Translations under genes and position numbers: made by a program | The notes under the pieces: generated by a model | Database searches by the model: none | What the model was told of the DNA's origin: nothing | What the model saw: the letters and a program-made list of their open reading frames with translations, nothing else | Shown: one piece after another, positions 57,101 to 64,000 of the stretch | How positions within the stretch are numbered: position 1 is the first letter of the stretch | Layout of the letters: each line of letters begins with the position of its first letter | NCBI GenBank assembly: GCA_965649765.1 | Contig: OZ287751.1 | Location: forward strand, 30,814,001 to 30,878,000 | Direction: 5' to 3' | Length of the DNA stretch: 64,000 bases | From: Bispira polyomma | Taxonomy: Eukaryota

Positions 57101-58137
57101 TATATAGGCAACCCTTTGATATCACAAATATCACCACCGATAGGTTACTATATGGGTAACACTTTGATATCAAATGTGACATGATATCAATGATGAATGA
57201 GTGAAGTGAATGAGTGACTAATACAAGTCACAAGTGGTGATAATGTCTTATCAGAGTGAGGGGCCGCGATGGCCTGGTAGTTAGCAAGCATTGCGCTTCC
57301 CAATCACTGGTCTCTCACCTCTGGGCGGTGTGAGTTCGAATCCCGTCGATGCCTATGTGGGAAAGGTGGTAGTTCCTTACTGTGGGCCGCTGGTTTCAGT
57401 GCAGAACCTTGACCGACTGTATGCAGTGTTTCCTTCAGCATTTCCAACTATCCGTCCCAATATAACCTACTAAAAGGTACTAGAGTGGACGTTAAATATC
57501 CAAATTCAAAGTCTTATCAGAGTGTCCCCCTATCATATTATGACATTTTTATTATATGCCCATATATATTTATTTTGATTTATTCATGTTATGTGGATAC
57601 GGGTTGTGTTCACTGTAACTTGGTAATCAGAGAAGTATAAATGTAGCGACATGCAGTTTATTACTGGAGAAAAAACAGTAGAGGGAAGTTGGAAAAGGTT
57701 TTGTGCTCTACAAAACACCAGCCTTCAGCATGTCTACTGCCAACTTTACCACATACAAGCAGTGGCCAAGAATCAAAGCCCAACTGCAGAGGTGGAAGGC
57801 CAGAGTGTCACCTCTACATTACTGAGGCCCCGATCATCCCAAAGCATTGCCAGTTCAATTATTGAATTGTGTACACTAAGAGCTAGAATCTTAAAATGGA
57901 GTTTAAATAAAACTAAATATGATATGGTTGTGTATGTAATAACATGACAATTAAAATGTATGACATTCTTCTCATTGAGTCCTGTCCACATATATTTATC
58001 GTATTGTATGTTGTTTTTCTTTCAGAAGGAGTGCGAAAGGCTTGGTCTTTATCTTCATGGCGTTTGCCTTTGTATGGTGTATTTGGACTGCTCCAATTTG
58101 GTTGCACACATGGGAAAACAAGAACAAACCAATGTAG
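19739..58137 (+). CDS. Beta-hexosaminidase (GH20, HEXA/HEXB-like), 13 coding exons, ~1326 aa, with long N-terminal repeat extension and two C-terminal TM helices
   Basis: Spliced join 19739-21149, 22507-23475, 36372-36484, 45227-45337, 49958-50059, 50673-50778, 51482-51624, 52835-53234, 54002-54110, 55365-55469, 56150-56297, 56804-56955, 58026-58137. All introns are GT-AG with matching phases. GH20 motifs seen: [111 protein letters not shown]. Confidence 0.93.
21529..21818. mobile_element. Harbinger-type MITE
   Basis: TIR gcctaggcttcctttcagca / tgctgaaaggaagcccaggc with TTA on both flanks. Confidence 0.8.
22507..23475 (+). CDS. Hexosaminidase coding exon 2: charged linker plus start of the GH20 N-terminal (domain 2) region
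   Basis: Acceptor tttcttttgaag|. Encodes PWPMPQ...[10 protein letters not shown]...[20 protein letters not shown]. Donor T|gtaagt, phase 1. Confidence 0.92.
24547..25617 (+). mobile_element. 5'-truncated, frameshifted Penelope-like element (RT C-terminus plus GIY-YIG endonuclease)
   Basis: [14 protein letters not shown]...IDFLDTTV...[11 protein letters not shown]...SAHP...[12 protein letters not shown] (PLE RT and thumb). Cys linker CTRLGKCTY(Y). [17 protein letters not shown]...R..EH...HF...PTGIN (GIY-YIG). Confidence 0.92.
25955..26720 (+). pseudogene. Disrupted zinc-finger ORF (C2H2 plus C2HC fingers, S/T/P-rich tail) downstream of the PLE ORF
   Basis: From 25955: [49 protein letters not shown]. 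Stops at 26015 and 26159. Probable frameshift into ORF 26244-26720. Confidence 0.75.
27003..27665 (+). mobile_element. 3' fragment of an L2/CR1-group LINE nested in the PLE-associated region
   Basis: [13 protein letters not shown]...[13 protein letters not shown]...[14 protein letters not shown]...WNSLP...SKLKAYLF; ends in a (GATTA)n tail. Confidence 0.9.
28840..28899 (+). ncRNA. Type I hammerhead ribozyme
   Basis: Stem I GCCT/AGGC. Core CTGATGA (28844-28850). Stem II GAA/TTC. GAAA at 28868-28871. Stem III ATATATT/AATATAT. Cleavage triplet AUA ending at 28895. Confidence 0.85.
33551..33626. repeat. ~36 bp direct tandem duplication
   Basis: tattgttcaaaagtatcaataattgtcacagcacta occurs twice. 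Confidence 0.9.
36372..36484 (+). CDS. Hexosaminidase coding exon 3
   Basis: (Y)[37 protein letters not shown]; tttag| ... |gtgagt. Confidence 0.95.
36540..36855 (+). mobile_element. tRNA-derived SINE with CORE-like central domain
   Basis: A box TGGCGTAGCGG, B box GTTCGATCC, then ccttggacaaggtgcttta...ccaggtatataaatgggtacc resembling CORE-SINE cores; TTA-rich tail. Confidence 0.7.
37688..37910. other. Assembly gap (223 N)
   Basis: Run of N inside the dispersed repeat. The homologous part of the 48420-49320 copy is a poly-T-rich tract. Confidence 0.99.
38619..39893. mobile_element. Non-autonomous TIR element (possibly hAT-like) with internal ~220-240 bp tandem repeats
   Basis: TIR gtggtttctaaac / gtttagaagccac. 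Subterminal (cggaaaatcgcc) motifs are inverted at the right end. About three internal repeat units lie in 38873-39560. Confidence 0.75.
40222..40739. mobile_element. TA-flanked MITE
   Basis: TIR ccggttccgctctc / gagagcggaactgg set in TATA flanks. Confidence 0.8.
40816..41069 (+). mobile_element. tRNA-derived SINE, family A, copy 3
   Basis: Family A sequence; TSD tatct(a/c)tggggag. Confidence 0.92.
41760..42720 (-). mobile_element. Degenerate 3' fragment of a non-LTR retrotransposon (CR1/L2-group-like C-terminus)
   Basis: The minus strand encodes [16 protein letters not shown]...[16 protein letters not shown] and ends in an A-rich simple-repeat tail near 41760. Confidence 0.75.
45227..45337 (+). 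CDS. Hexosaminidase coding exon 4
   Basis: [37 protein letters not shown]; tttcag| ... |gtaagt; 111 nt. Confidence 0.96.
46430..46817 (+). mobile_element. 3' end of an L2-like LINE
   Basis: [42 protein letters not shown], followed by a UTR and an (AATAC)n tail. Confidence 0.8.
48420..49320 (+). mobile_element. Dispersed non-autonomous repeat (possibly Helentron-associated) with low-complexity A/T core; second copy at ~37470-38135
   Basis: Blocks shared between copies: agatgtctggacaa, gcaacttgcccaaa, tttggcggccaacttgaatttc, gctttgtttttgctgtgcaaaaacaattt. Confidence 0.65.
49958..50059 (+). CDS. Hexosaminidase coding exon 5 (not in ORF track)
   Basis: [34 protein letters not shown]; ttttgcag| ... 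|gtaagt; 102 nt. Confidence 0.96.
50673..50778 (+). CDS. Hexosaminidase coding exon 6 (not in ORF track)
   Basis: [35 protein letters not shown](G); tttacag| ... G|gtagag. Confidence 0.96.
51482..51624 (+). CDS. Hexosaminidase coding exon 7
   Basis: (G)[47 protein letters not shown]; ttctag| ... |gtatgt. Confidence 0.96.
52835..53234 (+). CDS. Hexosaminidase coding exon 8 (catalytic Asp-Glu)
   Basis: [17 protein letters not shown]...WQEVF...[22 protein letters not shown]; ttgcag| ... G|gtgagt; 400 nt. Confidence 0.96.
53398..54033 (+). repeat. Degenerate ~65-70 bp minisatellite overlapping the exon 9 acceptor
   Basis: Units caatac(c/t)aggttcacacct..actctgtac..tat..ataactgata.tgtcctat; the last unit contains the real splice junction. 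Confidence 0.88.
54002..54110 (+). CDS. Hexosaminidase coding exon 9 (not in ORF track)
   Basis: (G)[35 protein letters not shown](W). The nearest phase-compatible acceptor is acttag| ending at 54001. Donor TG|gtattt. Confidence 0.9.
55365..55469 (+). CDS. Hexosaminidase coding exon 10 (not in ORF track)
   Basis: (W)[34 protein letters not shown](R); ttttag| ... AG|gtaggg; 105 nt. Confidence 0.96.
56150..56297 (+). CDS. Hexosaminidase coding exon 11 (end of GH20 core plus linker)
   Basis: [49 protein letters not shown]; tttttccag| ... |gtaagt. Confidence 0.9.
56804..56955 (+). CDS. Hexosaminidase coding exon 12 (TM helix 1; coding frame not in ORF track)
   Basis: [50 protein letters not shown](R); gtgtttcag| ... 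AAG|gtaagt; phases 0/2. Confidence 0.82.
56963..57172 (+). repeat. ~48 bp minisatellite (about 5 copies) immediately after the exon 12 donor
   Basis: ggtta(t/c)tatat(a/g)gg.a.cactttgatatca(g/c)aaat.tcacca repeated. Confidence 0.9.
57259..57510 (+). mobile_element. tRNA-derived SINE, family A, copy 4
   Basis: Perfect 14 bp TSD gtcttatcagagtg at 57245-57258 and 57511-57524. Confidence 0.94.
58026..58137 (+). CDS. Hexosaminidase terminal coding exon 13 (TM helix 2 and stop; coding frame not in ORF track)
   Basis: [36 protein letters not shown]. Strong acceptor gtttttctttcag|, phase 2. TAG at 58135-58137. Confidence 0.78.
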
Positions 58138-58319
58138 CAGTTTCCAGTCCAAAGTAATGTGTTATACCTTTAAAAGGATCTTTTTATTACATGTATATAC
58201 CACAAGGACAATCTTACTAGGATCGTCATTCTCTGCTAGAAAGTACTCAGAAAAGGAATTCAAGGGTGAGAACACCTTTTCAAAAGATAGTATTCACTTT
58301 TGACTCGCCCAAGTCATCC

Positions 58320-58325
58320 AATAAA
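58320..58325 (+). terminator. Candidate polyadenylation signal
   Basis: First AATAAA I found downstream of the stop codon (~180 nt). Confidence 0.4.
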
Positions 58326-60409
58326 AAAGTATAAATACTAGCTGAAATTTAGTGTTTTTCTAGCATTTAATTGCACAATTTAGGAGCCTTTTGCCATTGG
58401 TTTTAAGTTTTAAACCAAAGTGGCACAGGTAATATATAGACTAAGGGCTATTGTTGTCACATGGGATGCCAAACAGGTGGACAGGCGCCCATCTGGGTGG
58501 CTGCCACAAGTTAAATAATGAAGTTCAAATTTGGTACAAATATTTATCAGGAAGTGTAGGTCCTTGCCTGGCTGCATTTTGACTTTTGACCTTCAAGTAA
58601 TGACCTTGAAAATAGAAATATATTCCTTGAGGGTGTAGTTGGGGAAAGTCATGGGCTGACCTAGTTTTGACCTTCAAGAAATGACTTTGACTTTGAAAAC
58701 CTTGTCCAGGCTATATATCAGTAACTACTCACAGAAAATTTACGTTTGACGCAGATATACAGTAGAGGATTTGGATATTTTCTTTTTACTTGTTGACTTT
58801 TTCACCCCATGACTGTGAGGTTTCCACATCTCTTAAATGTTATTTTGTTTTCCATTTTAAGTTCATGTTTAAGAGCATTTCATTTTAGTATATGCTGTCC
58901 ATAGTTGTAGTGTTGATAGTGAATCTGTGTGTTTATTTCTGATTTCTTGAGTGATCAAAGAGAAATGATACCACATGGATTTTTTCAATAATTGAACATG
59001 TGCTTTGTATTAATATATGGTATGGTGGGAAACATCCATGTCAATAATGTTTATGTTAGATTCTCATTACCTATTTTAGAGCTGATTAATTGAAGCTTAG
59101 CCAACAGCATTACTGTTCTCATTTGTTGTACTGTCAACTTCAGTTTTATGTTTCTTTTACAATTATGAAGCACATACAAAGAAACAGCTCTAAAGAAATG
59201 TAAGGGGTCATAAACAAATTTTTCAGTAGTGTCCACTCACGAGTTGCGACCATTCTCCAACCTAATCACGATTTTTACTTTAAAACTGACCTTATAAGCC
59301 AAACACTTGTGAGTTACCACCAGCAGCCATTCTAAATAAACTCCAGCAGCACTAATTTACTTGTAAACAATTTAGCACTAGAATATAATCAATGAGCAGT
59401 AATTCAAGAAAAAAAAAGAAAAGTTTTTTTGACCAACTGACCCCCACAGGAACAACCTACAATAAATTGTTACTGTATTCATAAGGTTTTCACTCTGTCA
59501 TTAAAACTGATTTTTCACTGCTGATTAGAAAGACTATTTACTCAGTTACCTCCAGTTAATTGTGTCCACATAACAGATATATTCATGTACTGTCAAACAA
59601 ATCGATGTATATTGTCGCCCACTTGGTCATCTGGCGATGTGGGCCCCCATGGGCCACTCCACTCTGTTTTATTTGTATTAAATTATTTGTTTGTTATACA
59701 AAAAGTTATGTTCATTGTGTGCTCTGTTTATGTTTCTTGTAATTAATTTCTGCACAGTGCTATTCTTTTTTTAACATACTATACATGAAAACGGTTTTTC
59801 TTGTGTGCCACTTGCATTTAACTCAGTAAGAACAATTGTACTTTAATTGTTTAGCAATGATTAGTACCTGTTAGTGGTACCTTAATTATATGCATAGTAG
59901 TATTCAGATAATGCTTCAGTAAATGAATGTGATATTGTAATGTCTATCAGTAGTGCTGCAAATCCGATGTCCAAAATAATTATGTCCATCCCAGTGGGGG
60001 GTGGACATATTATTTTTGCTTTTTCCGGCGTCCAGCGTCTGCTGTCCGCCGTCCGTCACATTTGGTTTCCGGTCATTTCAAGGAAAAGTATTTATCCTAT
60101 GTTTACCAAATTTGGTATGGGTATTTATTGGGTTAATAGCTTGCATGGGCTAGTATTTTTTTGGTGAAGATAGCTCCATAGCTAACTGAGTAATAGCTAC
60201 TTACTTACTTTTATGTACTTCTTTGGTTTCCGGCCATTTTAAGGAAAAATATTTGACATATCTTTACAAAATTTGGTATGACCAATAGTTAGGTCAATAG
60301 CTTGCTTGGGATTGCTTTTAGTGATAATAGCTATATAACTGACTCAGCAATAGCTACTTAGCTACTTTTAGTAGTAATAGCTACATAGCAAAAAACATAA
60401 ATATGTCTA

Positions 60410-61230
60410 TCTTCTAAACCGTGCGAGATAGAGCGATTTCGTCAAAATTTTCGACCCTCAGGTTATCTAAGCAATGTACTCTTGGCAATTTTGAAAAATA
60501 TTTTACTCTCCCCAAGAATGGCGGCATTTTTGAATTTTTTCCAAAAATGGAAAAACGTAAATTTGCTTCTATCTCCTTAACCGTGCGAGATAGAGCAATT
60601 TCGTCAAAATTTTCGACCCACAGGGTATCTTAAGAAATGTACTATAGGCAATTTTCAAAAAATTCCCTCTCCCCAAAAATGGCGGCCATTTTTAATTTTT
60701 GAATTTTTGCCAAAACTGGAAAAACACAAATTTGCTTCTATCTCCTAAACCGTGCGAGATAGAGCGATTTCGTTGAAATTTTAGACCCACAGGATATCTA
60801 AGCAATGTACTCTTGGCAATTTTCAAAAAGTTTTCTTCTCCCCAAAAATGGCGGCCATTTTGATTTTCTTAACCGTGCCAGATAGAGTGATTTCGTCAAA
60901 ATTTTCAACCCACAGGGTATCTAAGAAATGTACAATAGGCAATTTTCAAAAAATTCCCTCTTCCCAAAAATGGCGGCCATTTTGAATTTTCGAATTTTTG
61001 CCAAAACTGAAAAAACACAAATTTGCTTCTATCTCCTAAACCGTGCGAGATAGAACGATTTCGTCGAAATTTTCGACCCACAGTCTATCTGAAAGATGTA
61101 CTATAGGCAATTTTCAAAAAATTTCCCTCTCCCCAAAAATGGTGGCCATTTTGAATTTTCGAATTTTTGCCAAAACTGGAAAAACACAAATTTGCTTCTA
61201 TCTCCTGAACCGTGTGAGATAGAGCAATTT
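60410..61230 (+). repeat. Tandem array of ~168 bp units (about 5 copies) inside a larger element starting near 59978
   Basis: Units begin ccgtgcgagatagagc at ~60419, 60581, 60750, 60873, 61041 and 61209. Confidence 0.92.
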
Positions 61231-64000
61231 GTTGTTACTCTCACACACTGCCCATCAATTGATTTCTTCTGAGCGTTCAAAGAATTCACGCACAGATTAT
61301 ACAACGAACAATAGCTTTTTCTTGATCTCGCCTGAGTAGACACATCACATACACCCTTCCTTTGGTGTAAATAAAAAATTAGGAAACTTGTGCAGATTTC
61401 TTTTGATACAAATAAAATAACATGAAATTTATACACTATTCCTTTGATTTAAATAAATAAACTTATGAAACTTGTACATAAACCTGAAAAAAATGGACCT
61501 TAATCAATTGTAAATGTAGTTTATCATTACCTTACATCAGATTTTTATAAATAATAGTTAAATTATCTGTTGTGAAGAAATTTTGCAAAATTGATGGCCA
61601 ATTTTCCCACCCATCACTTTAGCTGATGGCCAATTTTCTTGATGGGATTTTTTGCTGATGGGATTCACTTGATGGACATTTTTCCTGATGGGCTTTTTTC
61701 AGGAATCTGTTACATGGTGTACACTACTAGGCAGTGCTTGTGTAAATGTGTTATGTACCATTTTGTCCCCCTTGCAATTTTGACTACCGTTTTGTCCCCT
61801 CGGTATTTTGTCCAACGACATTTTGTCTTTGCAGTTGAAATAATTTACATGTATACTAATACATTTTGGAGCATCGTTGATATATTTTACAAACAAAACA
61901 TTCTTGTAAGACTACTGTGCAATTGTTCCAAAAGGTTCATGGGGTGGACATTACACATGTTAATGTGTGTTCTTCTATGCTATCCTGTTTCTTTTCATAT
62001 GTTGCATCTACTCTTAACAGGGCGTCTTATTTCTAGTTTGTTCCAGAACTAAGCAGTTTGTGAGCTTTAATTTGTTTCTGCCCTTGAAACATTTTCTTGC
62101 TCCATAAAGTCAACATTTTTTGGCCCAAACCCCTTTGATATCCCATATAAATCTTGGGTTATTTATCTATATCTAGTATATATGTGTTCATTTATAGATC
62201 TTTGATAGAAACTATTGTTTCTTTAAAATTCCTTCATTTTCTAAATTAAGATAAAACACTAAACATGTTTGAAATGTGTTAATTGATGATACATGAGTAT
62301 GGTACAGTGGTAGTTATATATTCTTATTTTTTGTGACATTACAGATGAAAACTTTTGTACCGTTGAGAGCCCTCTTTAAGTAGAACTCTGTTAAGTAAAT
62401 TTCCCCCTTTAAATGGAGAAAACTGAGTGCTGAGTCCCATAAAAGGCATTTACTTTTGAAATCCACACTATTAAGTGGGAAAACCTTGAGTAGAGGTATT
62501 TTTCCTGGTCACTTAAAGGGTTTCAACTGTATTAGAATACATCTATGTCAAAAAAGTTTATGTTAGCTTCTCATAAACTGTTTTAATGAGCTGATTAATT
62601 TAAACTTAGCCAACAGTATTACTGTGCTAATTTGTTGTTTAGTCAACTTCAGTACTAAATATGCCATCAATATGTTAACATTGTTGTGTTTTTTCATATT
62701 AAAGTTTGAAAATGACCAATAAGATCTCACACTTTTTGTAAAACACATTCCTTGCATATAGAAAGACTTGAAGGAAGATTTCTGTGTGATTTTTAACACC
62801 GGAGAAGTTATTAGACAGGTGTAGTAGAACCTCTGTTATCAGGAATTCTATTATCCAAATATTATTCCTGTCTTAAACTTTTCTTGCCACTCTCCCAAAT
62901 ATAGGTATTTTCATGTTGTGCTATACTAAAGAACATATTATATTTTACAAATCGTCTATTATCTAAAGGATTAAGATAAAATGTTACTATAGCTACTAAA
63001 TATGAGAATAATGCCAGGTATTTGGTATATTGTTACATCAAAATGGCTATGTTTCTTCTACATAAGTTGTAGAATTTAAATGTAGAATGGGAGCGATTTA
63101 TTACAGTTATGTATTTATCATTTATTACACACTACGCCACTCCACTGGGATGATATATGACCGGTGTCATTTTTTTTGATGGGTTTGTTTTGTAAAGCTT
63201 TGTCTTCTTTTGTTAAATAATTTAATCATACACACCACTCATGTAGTTTTAATATTTGATTCCACTACTTCCCCTAAAGCCACACAAACATATTATTTTT
63301 GTGCTATACCATCCACCATCCGGTTTGGTTTCTGCTCATTAAAAAGAATAGTATTAGAGATACACCAAATTTACTATATAGGTTTATCATGGGTATAGCT
63401 TGCTTTAGATTCATTTTGGGCCGGTTCTAGAAAATAAAATGGCTGCTGTTACCGTTGACGTGAAAACGGTTTCTGTTCATTTAAAGGAAAAGCAATCCAG
63501 ATATATTCACCAAATTTAATACATGGGTTTATCATAGGAAAACCTTGGGATTGATTTTACTCTTCTGTTTAATTCTCACATCCTCTGAACTGTGGGAAGG
63601 GGCGGGGGTGGGGGGGCTTGGCATTCACATGTGATAATGTGTACATACAGAATTAACAACAGAAATAAGTCCCATTTTGGAAAGCTTAGTTTTTAATATT
63701 TGTTTGTTTTTTTAATTCAAAATATATGTTGCTGGTATAAACAGCAGAATAATTTTAGTGGTTGTCTTTTGATTTTGTTTGTGAAATATGGAATGTTTTA
63801 TTTATGTATGGTCGTAGCTGGAAAAAGAAAGCTAGAAGTGCTTATTATAGATACATAGTCAATTTGCAAAATGCTTTTTTTTGTAGACATAGCTTGCCTA
63901 ATTTCTCTAGTGAGGGTGTGGTCATAATCTATGAATACCTCATCTATTTATCCATAGCCCATGTTTACATTTAGTTAATTTAGATACAGTAAATAATTAT

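Noticed and set aside
60410-61230. Regularly spaced repeats superficially like a CRISPR array
   Set aside because: Whole units repeat with no unique spacers, there are no cas genes, and the context is eukaryotic.

Overview
AT-rich, repeat-dense animal genomic DNA. The intron and repeat style suggests an invertebrate, possibly a mollusc or other lophotrochozoan, but the species cannot be determined from sequence. The main feature is one + strand gene that I assembled by hand from 13 coding exons (19739-58137, 3981 nt, 1326 aa, every splice phase consistent). It encodes a GH20 beta-hexosaminidase of the HEXA/HEXB type with an atypical layout: signal peptide, ~670 aa low-complexity extension (about 20 eleven-residue Tyr/Gln/Asn repeats bracketed by RxxR sites), a GH20 core with intact catalytic motifs, and two C-terminal transmembrane helices. 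Six of the coding exons are not shown in their coding frame in the ORF track. The second coding intron holds a degenerate Penelope-like element (RT C-terminus plus GIY-YIG), followed by a CRE-motif cluster, a broken zinc-finger ORF with TQT-like motifs, a nested L2-like LINE fragment and a well-formed type I hammerhead ribozyme. The rest is tRNA-derived SINEs, several MITE families, LINE 3' fragments, minisatellites (several copying splice sites), a ~168 bp tandem array and one assembly gap.
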